From: Candidatus Heimdallarchaeota archaeon
Lineage (GTDB): Archaea > Asgardarchaeota > Wukongarchaeia > Wukongarchaeales > JBHIFL01
Length of the DNA: 41,353 nt
Assembly (NCBI GenBank): GCA_046761065.1
Contig: JBHIFL010000038.1
Span: 1-41,353 of the forward strand
Reading direction: 5' to 3'
The translations under genes and the position numbers were made by a program. Shown here piece by piece: positions 9,687 through 18,599 of this stretch (within the stretch, counting starts at the first letter, position 1; each line of letters opens with the position of its first letter). The notes under the pieces are model-generated. The model saw only the letters and a program-made list of their open reading frames with translations. It was not told the DNA's origin and did not search any database.

Positions 9687-10118
9687 ATGACCGAACTCAT
9701 TAAGCAAGTAGCCGAGTGGCTCGAAAAAATGGACCTAAAAATTATTCGTATTGAAGACGAACCCAAAATTATAGTAAATTATCAAATAGAAGACCATATA
9801 TTTCAAGTTCAACTCGTTGCAAGTGACGAATGGATCAATGTTAAATCCCTTGTCGCCTTTGTCAAAGATATCCCTCCATCAGAACGCCGCAAACTCTACA
9901 GAAATGTACTGAATGCCAACTGGGCTCTCAATGAAGTGACATTTAGTGCTGATCCTGAAGAGGGGAATATCTGGGTTGAAACGGACATGCCCTCCGATAC
10001 AACGTTCGAAAATTTCCAAGTAGAATTTTCTTCTATTCCCTTTGGTATCAACTACTTCATCACCCAGATCGCTCCTACCATCTCCTTTGCCATTCGTGAT
10101 ACCACTTACTACGTCTAG
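9687..10118 (+). CDS. YbjN/T3SS-chaperone-like fold protein
   Basis: 143 aa with the pattern VAEWLEKM..LY..VLNANW....TFSAD..G.IWV..D; AGGTGA RBS. Confidence 0.7.
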   Translation: MTELIKQVAEWLEKMDLKIIRIEDEPKIIVNYQIEDHIFQVQLVASDEWINVKSLVAFVKDIPPSERRKLYRNVLNANWALNEVTFSADPEEGNIWVETDMPSDTTFENFQVEFSSIPFGINYFITQIAPTISFAIRDTTYYV

Positions 10119-10476
10119 AACAGATCCTTATTGCATGGAAACGGCTTTGGGAGGCGTTTGCGCCCATAACGTCTAATACGTGTCCATTCGTGTGTGACTC
10201 TGTACAAAACAGATGACGAAGTTTTTACTTCAGGATTCTTCTATCTCGATAGGACTGGAAGTTATAATTAGACATTTTTGAAAAAAATCTACGTGAGCAA
10301 AGTTACGCCTCATCAATTAGCTCTAAAGGAAACTTACCTCTGTATTAAGCCTGTATGAAGTTTAATTGAATTAAAATTAGGGTTATTTTGACCTAGTGAT
10401 CAACCAAACCTTGTCATGGATTTTTAGTTCTTTTTTGAATCATCACTAGTTCTAACACTTAAAAGCGAGCAAAAAA

Positions 10477-10486
10477 TATATATAAA
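10477..10486 (+). promoter_or_regulatory. TATA box with purine-rich BRE for the ABC binding-protein gene
   Basis: gagcaaaaaa-TATATATAAA about 110 nt upstream of ATG 10593. Confidence 0.55.
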
Positions 10487-10592
10487 CAACTTATATACAT
10501 TCAATATTATGACTTAAGAAAAAAGCAAGTTGATGGATTTTTCGAAAAACAGCTGCGCTTAAGTCAAGAGTAAAAAAATAGGTGAGTAGAAA

Positions 10593-12053
10593 ATGAATAA
10601 ACAAAGTAAACCTGCAGTATTACTAGTTGGGCTAATGCTAATATCTATTGTTGCAGCAACAAGTGCCAACCTTGGGCCAGTGAAAGCAACGGCCGAGCTT
10701 CCCACAGAGATCAAAATCGGCGGGGTGTTCCCCATAGTAAAGCGACCTGACGCAGGACGTGATCGACGAGATGCGTTTCTGATGGCCGTTGAAGAGATTA
10801 ACGCTCAAACAGGAACGGATCGAATCCTCCCTGAAGGGGTCAAACTCGTCTCAAATGTACAAGATGATGATAATACAGCCGCCGGAGGCGCCGCGGCCGC
10901 CCAAGCCTTAATTGCTTGGGGAGCTCACATAATATGCGGCTCTTCGGGAAGTAGTGTCAGTGCGGCAATGGCTACGGAATTAACACCCCACAAAATTGTA
11001 CAAATCTCCTACGCGTCATCTTCCCCCGCCTTAAGTGATCGGGAGCTGTATCCGTACTTCATGCGCGTCGTTGCGTCGGATGCTGATCAGGGAAGGGCTA
11101 TCGCAGATCTTGTTCAGGCCTTCGGCTGGGCACGTGGAGCAACGGTTCACACCAGCGACTCGTATGGAACGGGCTTGATTGAAGTCTTTACAGAAATCTA
11201 TGAGGAAAGAGGTGGGACAGTGATTACCGATCAAATATTTGACCCAGGTGCCACGGAAGTGTCTGCTCAAGTCCAGGCACTAAAAGATGCAAACCCGCAA
11301 TTTATATTGGGAAACTTTATTGACGTAGATGCCGCCACTTGCATGAAGAAGGCTCGTGATCTAGGGCTTACTGATGTCCCATGGATCACTACGGACGGGT
11401 GGTCGACCACCGCCACCTTCATGGGAGATCCAAGCGTTAAAGAAGCGATGCAACTCTCGATTGGTACCACGCCAGCTCCAGTTACTGCCCCTGGCTATGC
11501 CAAGTTTAATGAAAGCTGGTTTGATCCAGCGTGGGCCCACCTCGAGGGTCCGAAACTAAGTCAGGATACAGGAATTATGTTCAACGCATACGCACCAATG
11601 TCATACGATGCGGTTTATGTTGCTGCGAAAGGTTTAGCCGCAGCAAACAGCGTTGATGGCGATGCATTGTTAGCAGCCCTCTATGATATTGAGCATGATG
11701 GGGCATCGGGATACATTCGATTCAACGAGCTCGGTGAAGTTGTTGGTCGCTATGACTTTGTACAACTTGTTGGAGGAACCTATACTTCTTTTGGTGAATG
11801 GGGCTTACCTCCTGGAGCCACAATGGGTGCATCAATGTTCACTGATACATCTCTTCTTTTAGCAGACGGAACAGGATGGACTATTGCTGACAACAAGGTC
11901 ACTCAAGTTGAAGGACCACCAATAACAACGTTAACCACACAAATCGTAACAACAGTCGTTCCTGAGTTCGGGAATGAAATCCTAGGAGTGATATTTTCAC
12001 TGGGGCTTGCGGGTTTAACACCAATGGTATTTAGACGAAAACGAAGAAAATAA
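10593..12053 (+). CDS. ABC substrate-binding protein, type 1 PBP (LivK/ANF-receptor, class C GPCR VFT-like), with signal peptide and PEF-CTERM anchor
   Basis: N-terminal signal, IKIGGVFP, QISYASSSPALSDRELYPYFMRVVASD, YDAVY, GASGYIRFN..G, Thr-rich linker, then VPEFG-TM-RRKRRK. Confidence 0.9.
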   Translation: MNKQSKPAVLLVGLMLISIVAATSANLGPVKATAELPTEIKIGGVFPIVKRPDAGRDRRDAFLMAVEEINAQTGTDRILPEGVKLVSNVQDDDNTAAGGAAAAQALIAWGAHIICGSSGSSVSAAMATELTPHKIVQISYASSSPALSDRELYPYFMRVVASDADQGRAIADLVQAFGWARGATVHTSDSYGTGLIEVFTEIYEERGGTVITDQIFDPGATEVSAQVQALKDANPQFILGNFIDVDAATCMKKARDLGLTDVPWITTDGWSTTATFMGDPSVKEAMQLSIGTTPAPVTAPGYAKFNESWFDPAWAHLEGPKLSQDTGIMFNAYAPMSYDAVYVAAKGLAAANSVDGDALLAALYDIEHDGASGYIRFNELGEVVGRYDFVQLVGGTYTSFGEWGLPPGATMGASMFTDTSLLLADGTGWTIADNKVTQVEGPPITTLTTQIVTTVVPEFGNEILGVIFSLGLAGLTPMVFRRKRRK

Positions 12054-12080
12054 CCCTCCTCTCCGGTGGAAAAAGTAAAT

Positions 12081-12103
12081 ATCCCCTCTCCCCTTATTTT
12101 TTT
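12081..12103 (+). terminator. Pyrimidine/T-tract terminator after the binding-protein gene
   Basis: atcccctctccccttattttttt. Confidence 0.5.
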
Positions 12104-12221
12104 AAGGACCTTTGATTAAGTAAGTAGTGAGAAAACCAGTTTCCCCGATACAACCTATAGGGATGCAAATATTGAACCAAGACCGTCCTCCGGGCTCATA
12201 ACATTTTTTAAGAAAAGCGGC

Positions 12222-12229
12222 TTTATATA
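12222..12229 (+). promoter_or_regulatory. Internal TATA box for livF-livH-livM-livG
   Basis: gaaaagcggc-TTTATATA lies 46 nt upstream of ATG 12275. Confidence 0.6.
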
Positions 12230-12274
12230 TTGTTAAACCCAAGGTGTTCTTAAAACCTTCTGGGATGCGTTAAT

Positions 12275-13042
12275 ATGACCCACCCAGTCCTTCAGGCTTA
12301 TAACTTATATTCTGGTTATGGTAAACTTCAAGTGATCAATGGAGTAGATATCCACGTTGATGAAGGTGAGCTGGTAACGATTATAGGCCCAAATGGTTCT
12401 GGAAAATCGACCCTAATCAAGACTTGTATTGGTCTGGTAGACTTATTTTCTGGTCAAGTGTTTATCCGTGATATGGAGGTAAGTCATATGAGGCCTCACG
12501 AGATTATTGCGGCGGGAATTCCGCTTGGTTATGTTCCCCAGCTCGTTAATGTATTCCCTAGTTTGACCATTGAAGAAAACCTTAAAATGGGGTTATTCGT
12601 AAAAAAATGGGACGCGTATTACCAAGAAAGAGTACAAAAGATGTTTGATTTATTCCCAATTCTTGAAGAGCGGTTTAAACAAAAAGCCAGTCTTTTAAGC
12701 GGAGGAGAGCGACAGATGCTTGCCTTAGCTCGGGCTTTAATGCCGGATCCTGAAATTTTGATCCTTGATGAACCAACAGCAGCATTAGCTCCGAATTTAG
12801 CCGAAGAAATGCTGCAATTGATTTTATCCTTGAAGGAAAACATTGGAATCTCTATATTACTTGTAGAACAAAGAGCTAGGAGATCAATGGAACTTTCTGA
12901 TCGAGGATACGTACTCGTGACCGGGGAAATCGCAGCAGAAGGGCCTGCAAAGGAGCTGTTAGCAGAAGACCGAATCCGAAAACTCTACCTCGGAGCTCGA
13001 GATAGAGGACGAAGAAGTAAGCAATCCCAACAAGGGAAGTGA
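12275..13042 (+). CDS. livF: Branched-chain amino acid-type ABC ATPase
   Basis: GPNGSGKST, LSGGERQMLALARAL, LILDEPT and LLVEQ. Confidence 0.9.
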   Translation: MTHPVLQAYNLYSGYGKLQVINGVDIHVDEGELVTIIGPNGSGKSTLIKTCIGLVDLFSGQVFIRDMEVSHMRPHEIIAAGIPLGYVPQLVNVFPSLTIEENLKMGLFVKKWDAYYQERVQKMFDLFPILEERFKQKASLLSGGERQMLALARALMPDPEILILDEPTAALAPNLAEEMLQLILSLKENIGISILLVEQRARRSMELSDRGYVLVTGEIAAEGPAKELLAEDRIRKLYLGARDRGRRSKQSQQGK

Positions 13043-13049
13043 ATTACTT

Positions 13050-14111
13050 ATGCAAGTCAATATAGTTGGGCACGCCATTCTTGCGCTAGTATATGCAGGA
13101 ATATTGATTATGTTAACTATTGGTCTGAATATGGTCTATTCTGTGTTAAAATTTTCTAATTTTGCTCAAGCAGAGTACGTGACTTCAGGCATGTTTGCTT
13201 CTTGGTGGTTCCTGCAAATTCTTAGCAATCTTCTCCCATCGGATACTAGGCATTTTATTAATAATCTGTTTATCCAAGCGATGTTTGCGTTTGTAATCGT
13301 AGGAATACTCGGAATTCTTGGGGAAATCCTTGTTTACGATCGTTTGCGAATGCTGCGCGCCAGCCCAAGTTCTTGGACCGTAGCGTCGATAGGCATTGGA
13401 TTAATCATTAGAAACACACTATCGATGGTTTTCGGCGATTTTCCACGGCCCAATACAGTAAATTGTCCAACTTGTACCTCAACTGCTTCATTACCAGGTT
13501 GGTTGCCGAAATTTCTTCGAAAAGAGTACTATACCTTCGAATTAACAGAAACTCAAATGATAAGAATCACTGTGTTTGAGCTCTACATTATTTTAATGAG
13601 TTTTCTACTTGTTATTATTATTGATTATATATTTACGCATACAAAATTTGGGATCGCCATGAGAGCTACCTCGGATTCGATGGAATTGGCCCAAGTATCC
13701 GGAATCGATACGAAGCGGATTGTTTATTATACTTGGTTTCTTGCGGCGGGCATAACTGGGTTTGGTGCGGCCTTCGTTCGAGCGAATCAACCTCGATTTA
13801 GTACCTATGATGGCTTTTATTTGCTGCTTCCAATCTTTGCTGTTGTCATCCTCGGAGGCGTAGGATCCTTCCGGGGGGGAATTATTGCCGCTTTTCTGCT
13901 TGCTTATGCCCGGCAATTAACAGTTATTGTATTTACAGAATTTCAGAAACCGGGGGGACTTGAATCTATACTTGAGAAAACAATAGGATTTACAATCACA
14001 TTTACTCCAGCTTATGCAGAAGGGATTGGATTCATCGTTTTGATAATCGTCCTGCTTTTACGACCCCAAGGGATTCTTGGAACCGTTGAGGCCACAAGAG
14101 CGAGGGTTTAG
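13050..14111 (+). CDS. livH: Branched-chain amino acid-type ABC permease
   Basis: IGLNMVYSVLKFSNFAQ, TKFGIAMRATSD..LA..SGID, VILGGVGS and LLRPQG. Confidence 0.9.
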   Translation: MQVNIVGHAILALVYAGILIMLTIGLNMVYSVLKFSNFAQAEYVTSGMFASWWFLQILSNLLPSDTRHFINNLFIQAMFAFVIVGILGILGEILVYDRLRMLRASPSSWTVASIGIGLIIRNTLSMVFGDFPRPNTVNCPTCTSTASLPGWLPKFLRKEYYTFELTETQMIRITVFELYIILMSFLLVIIIDYIFTHTKFGIAMRATSDSMELAQVSGIDTKRIVYYTWFLAAGITGFGAAFVRANQPRFSTYDGFYLLLPIFAVVILGGVGSFRGGIIAAFLLAYARQLTVIVFTEFQKPGGLESILEKTIGFTITFTPAYAEGIGFIVLIIVLLLRPQGILGTVEATRARV

Positions 14112-14136
14112 CCATAAATGGGTAGAGTTGAAGCAA

Positions 14137-15447
14137 ATGGATAATCATAAAACTTCCTTGAAATCCTTTGGCGAAGGATTATGGAGGACCGTCCGTTCCC
14201 AAATACGAGAAAAACCAGAAGTATTCATTGGAGCGGCACTCGCTATTCCAATCTTACTGCTCTTTATTTACGGGCTATCCACATTATCAGCCAAAGCCAC
14301 TTGGGTAATTGGAACCGCAGCAACTATTTTAGTTTTCTTCGTTGGAGCAATAAGTTTAGATCTGGAAGTGGGATCGATGGGGCTCCCCAATTTTGGTAAA
14401 GTCGGTTTCTTTGCCCTCGGAGCCTATACATCAACATTACTCTACAGTGTGTACAACGTTCCTTTTTTCATGTCTGTGATTGCTGCTTTGGCCATTTCTA
14501 GTGCCTTTGGGTATTTAATCTCTATCCCGACGGTTAAGTTAAGAGCGGATTATTTTGCAATCATGACGATCGCTGGAGGGGAACTTATTCGAATGATTCT
14601 TCAGAACGAGAAACGATGGCTTTGGGCTCCTGCACCGATTGGTCCCCCCACGCAAGTCATCTCGAATCTATTAAAAATAAGATTTACCCGTGCATCTCCA
14701 TTTAATAAGAAATTATCTGAATTTGGAATAACGTTCTTTGAGGATATTGGCTGGGGTTCTGTATTTTTATGGGAGCTAATGTTATTAATATTCTTCCTGA
14801 TCATTTCAGTGTGCGTCTACTGGTTTGTCCAGCAAATTCGAAAATCACCTTACGGACGAGCTTTACGCGCCATTCGGGAAGATGATATCACTGTCACTTC
14901 AGTTGGGAAAGATGTTGCCCGGTTCCGGTGGCAAGTCACCACGATTGCTGCCTTCATCGCAGGGATCGCGGGTATCATGTATGCCACAACATTTAGTGCC
15001 TTTGAAGCCTCTGATTTTCGGCCATTTTTAACGTTTGACCTTTATATTTTCATAATTATTGGGGGTTTAGGAAACAGTCGAGGAGCATTCGCTGGAACAG
15101 CACTCGTTACTCTGTTTTTACGTGGAGCGCAAATAGATGCGGTAAAGCATAATATTAACTTGCACTTGGGCCCAGAAACGGCATATATAGGGCGGTTATT
15201 CCATTCCCTGCAAATTGACGTCTTTATAAACCCTGATAACATGAGATTTGTGATTCTGGGGTCGATTCTTATTCTATTTCTCCTGTTTAAACCTGCCGGG
15301 TTAATTCCTGAACCAAGAACCAATAATGAAAAATATTTGTCTCTACTAACAACAGAGCAGCGCGCGAGCTCTGATCAAGCCATCCTGGCTAGGCAAAGTC
15401 TGAGTGAAAAAGAAAGAATTGAAGAAGAGAGAGATCGTACTCCTTAA
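14137..15447 (+). CDS. livM: Branched-chain amino acid-type ABC permease
   Basis: GLPNFG..GFFALGAY, LRADYFAIMT, SPYGRALRAIREDD, IIGGLGN and KPAGL; start taken at ATG 14137. Confidence 0.9.
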   Translation: MDNHKTSLKSFGEGLWRTVRSQIREKPEVFIGAALAIPILLLFIYGLSTLSAKATWVIGTAATILVFFVGAISLDLEVGSMGLPNFGKVGFFALGAYTSTLLYSVYNVPFFMSVIAALAISSAFGYLISIPTVKLRADYFAIMTIAGGELIRMILQNEKRWLWAPAPIGPPTQVISNLLKIRFTRASPFNKKLSEFGITFFEDIGWGSVFLWELMLLIFFLIISVCVYWFVQQIRKSPYGRALRAIREDDITVTSVGKDVARFRWQVTTIAAFIAGIAGIMYATTFSAFEASDFRPFLTFDLYIFIIIGGLGNSRGAFAGTALVTLFLRGAQIDAVKHNINLHLGPETAYIGRLFHSLQIDVFINPDNMRFVILGSILILFLLFKPAGLIPEPRTNNEKYLSLLTTEQRASSDQAILARQSLSEKERIEEERDRTP

Positions 15448-15490
15448 TTTTCGAATGATGAAGAATTGGATAAGTAAGGTGACGAACCCT

Positions 15491-16393
15491 ATGTCAAAGA
15501 ACTCTGACTCCGAAGATCTTAGTTTAGAAGCAGTAGATATTCATAAGTACTTTGGAGGAGTAAAAGCTTTAGAAGGGGCTACAGTTCTTGTTACGAAAAA
15601 TAAGCTATTTTCATTAATCGGACCTAATGGATCAGGAAAGACTACTCTTTTTAATGTCGTTACTTGCTGGCTTAAGAAGTCACATCCTGACGAAGCAGAA
15701 GAAGAGAAAGACGGAACCAAGAAAGTAGGATTTCTTAACCGACTGTATAATCGGTTACTGGCAAAGTTTACCAGAAAAGATGAAACCACTCCAAAAGAGG
15801 ATGTCGGTTTTGTAAAATTTGAAGACCTTAGGGTTGATGGACTGACTACTCATGAAGCGGCCTTAACCGGGATGATGAGAACCTTTCAAACGACACGAAA
15901 TTGGCCAAAATTGACTGTTTTAGAAAATTTACTTGTGGCGCCACAAAATCAGACTGGAGAGTCATTTCTAAATATCTTTTTCAATCGAAAGAAAATCAAA
16001 GAGGAAGAGCGTCAAAACACGTTAAGAGCACTAGATGTCTTAGAATTCCTGGAAATTTCGCATATCCGAGATCAACTCGGAGAAGAACTTTCAGGGGGAC
16101 AATTAAAATTACTCGCATTAGGTCGATTATTAATGACTGCCCCTAGATTGTTGCTTTTAGACGAACCAATGGCGGGAATCAATCCGACATTAGGAAATAA
16201 AATCATGGATAAGATATTGGATCTCACGAAAGATTCAACCATCTTTCTAATCGAACATAATATGGATGTGGTATTCAACTATTCCGATGAGATCTTTGTG
16301 ATGGCCCGAGGCAAGATCATCGCCCAAGGGACTCCGGACGAAATTGAGACCAATAGAGATGTAATTGAAGCCTACCTCGGAGCAGATTACTAA
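15491..16393 (+). CDS. livG: Branched-chain amino acid-type ABC ATPase with an insertion after Walker A
   Basis: KYFGGVKAL, GPNGSGKTTLFN, RTFQ, LSGGQ, LLLDEP.AG, IEHNM and VIEAYLG; AGGTGA RBS before ATG 15491. Confidence 0.9.
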   Translation: MSKNSDSEDLSLEAVDIHKYFGGVKALEGATVLVTKNKLFSLIGPNGSGKTTLFNVVTCWLKKSHPDEAEEEKDGTKKVGFLNRLYNRLLAKFTRKDETTPKEDVGFVKFEDLRVDGLTTHEAALTGMMRTFQTTRNWPKLTVLENLLVAPQNQTGESFLNIFFNRKKIKEEERQNTLRALDVLEFLEISHIRDQLGEELSGGQLKLLALGRLLMTAPRLLLLDEPMAGINPTLGNKIMDKILDLTKDSTIFLIEHNMDVVFNYSDEIFVMARGKIIAQGTPDEIETNRDVIEAYLGADY

Positions 16394-16617
16394 ATAATGC
16401 TTCCAAAATTGGTATTGTTCAATTTTGATTCACCACTTGTTTTAAATATAGCTATCAGATTTTACTTCGAAGCGCTTTAAAGCCCTGTAGACTGTTTTAT
16501 TACGTAAACAAGACATTTCAAAGATATATAATCATAAATTTTCTTTGATATAACATTAAAATTAAGAAAAAGTATTAAACAAAGATCAAGTCAAATGTAC
16601 TGGAAGAGGAGCAAAAA

Positions 16618-17520
16618 ATGAGCGATTCCAAACCATCATATGAACAGTTGGTAGAAAGATTTGTTAAATGGGCTGAAACCTGCTCTGATATTCGTGGAAC
16701 GATCATTGTAGGATCCCGAGCTCAGATTGATAATCCTACAGATGAATGGGCTGACTTGGACATCATGGTCATCACCACGGATCCAAAACACTATTTGGCA
16801 ACTGCAGATTGGGTAGCTAACATCGGCAAACCTTTATTAACATTCGTAGAACCTACACCAGGAGATGATATGGAACGTCGCGTCCTTTTTAAGGGTATGC
16901 TTGATGTTGATTTCGCTATCATCCCTGAAAGAAAGATCCAGCTGTGATTAAAAGGTGAAATTGCTCCCCAACTTGCAGCCGAACTCAGAGATGTATTTGG
17001 GCGCGGGATGCGTGTACTTCTCGACAAAGATGGGAAGTTAATTCAATTCCGGGCACTTATTTCTTCTATTGAAATATCATCCTCCTATCCACCTACTCAT
17101 TCGAAGTTTCTTGAGACCGTCAACGATTTCTTGTATCATGCTGTTTGGACAGCAAAGAAATTACAACGAGGGGAGTTATGGACTGCGAAAACATACAGTG
17201 ATGACTATATGAAGCGGTTGCTGCTCCAGATGATGATATAGCATTCTCACGTAACTAAGGGTTGGAACTATGACACCTGGTTTCGTGGACGTTATCTAGA
17301 AGAGTGGGTAGATCATCGAGCCTTAGAACAGTTACGCAATGCATTTGCTCATTATAATAAGGAAAACATTACGCGTGCATTATTAGTTACAATGGACCTG
17401 TTTCGATGGATAGCAATGGAGACAAGTGAGAAGGCGGGTTATCCATACCCGACCGAGGTTAATGAAAGGATAACAGGTTGGGTAAGAAATTGTCTTTTAA
17501 CTAGATCCAACTCAAAATAA
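16618..17520 (+). pseudogene. Aminoglycoside 6-adenylyltransferase-like (ANT(6)/AadK family) nucleotidyltransferase interrupted by two in-frame stops
   Basis: One frame of 301 codons: GSRA...DEWADLD, RRVLF..MLDVDF, RVLLDKDG, KKL.RGELW, and after the second stop YDTWFRGRYLEEW. Stops are TGA 16945-16947 and TAG 17239-17241. Confidence 0.85.
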
Positions 17521-17686
17521 GAGGTAAAGGATAAGAAGCAGCGAGAAAAGCCTAGATATTAAAGCAACCACAGTAATGTTGGCTCAACCTGCCAAAATCA
17601 TGTAAATTCTTAAATTGATTATCTTAGAAAGTACCTAAAATTAGACAACAGTTACTCCTATTGATAGAATTTGTGGGGGATAGCCA

Positions 17687-18223
17687 TTGGTTTTAGATAA
17701 AGATGGGATAATCAACTACCTTCGAAGGTCTTATACTTGGGTAGATGGCTTCTGGTTCATTGAAGTGGAACATTACTTGGATTGCTTTGATGATGCGCTT
17801 CAGATCGATGTTCAGGTGTGGATTAGGATCACTCAACAACAGGCCAAGCTCGCTCAAAAGTTGCTGAATCTCTCAAAACGTGATGTTTATACTATTATCG
17901 AGACTCTTAAAGTGAAATGGTTAGTTGATGGGCATTCTTATGAGTTGGTGCAGGTAGATAAGAACTTTGGAACCGTGGTTATTCATAAGTGTCCATGGTT
18001 TGAGACTATGAAGCGATCCGGACGGGAACACTTAGCAGGATATGTATGCAAAGCAGTATGCCCTCCACTCTATCAGACCTGGGCAGAAACGATTAACCCT
18101 AAAGTAACCGTTGAGATGTCCAAATTCTTAGGGAACGGGGCTGAAGGGTGTGAGATCAAATTTATTCATAATGACCGTACAGGTTCATCTTTCAGAGTTT
18201 CAGGAACAAACATAATCCCATAA
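17687..18223 (+). CDS. DUF6125-like protein (V4R/ATC-hydrolase-like Cys-containing fold)
   Basis: VDGFWFIEVE..ALQIDVQVW, KCPW, C..VC, INPKV and CE. Confidence 0.75.
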   Translation: MVLDKDGIINYLRRSYTWVDGFWFIEVEHYLDCFDDALQIDVQVWIRITQQQAKLAQKLLNLSKRDVYTIIETLKVKWLVDGHSYELVQVDKNFGTVVIHKCPWFETMKRSGREHLAGYVCKAVCPPLYQTWAETINPKVTVEMSKFLGNGAEGCEIKFIHNDRTGSSFRVSGTNIIP

Positions 18224-18595
18224 TGCCCTAATTGAAGCTCCTAAATACCCCCCAACTGCTCCCAGGATACTTCCAAAAAGCAATGAAAGAACCACTCCTA
18301 GAAAGCCTAGGCCTGACGAGCCTAGACCGATCTCAAAAAATTGATCCCAGACCACCATACCAGAAACCAAGTCGGTGTTTAGATAGAGAATCCAAGCAAG
18401 GAGCATCCCAAGAAAACCGACCACTGCACCCCGTCGTGCTTTGTCTTTTCCAGCTATAAAACCCCCAAGTATAGCTGCGATAATATACAACTGCCATATA
18501 CCGAAGAAAAGAAGTAGAACTGCTAGAAACATCGTTAAACCAATTCCAGTTAAGAAATTATGGTGTTGAAAATACTCTAAGTTGATCCTGTTCAA
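18200..18595 (-). CDS. Small Gly-rich four-TM membrane protein
   Basis: Hydrophobic Gly-rich helices (AILGGFIAG, GAVGGYLG); begins 4 bp after the acylase stop. Confidence 0.7.
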   Translation of the reverse strand: MNRINLEYFQHHNFLTGIGLTMFLAVLLLFFGIWQLYIIAAILGGFIAGKDKARRGAVVGFLGMLLAWILYLNTDLVSGMVVWDQFFEIGLGSSGLGFLGVVLSLLFGSILGAVGGYLGASIRALWDYVCS

Positions 18596-18599
18596 ATCT

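Noticed and set aside
12060-12069. 10-mer TCTCCGGTGG shared with 8802-8811
   Set aside because: A single 10-bp match within 41 kb is compatible with chance, and the contexts differ.
16945-17241. Stop-codon reassignment or pyrrolysine explaining the in-frame TGA/TAG
   Set aside because: TGA and TAG terminate many intact genes in this window, and the lesions are confined to accessory genes.
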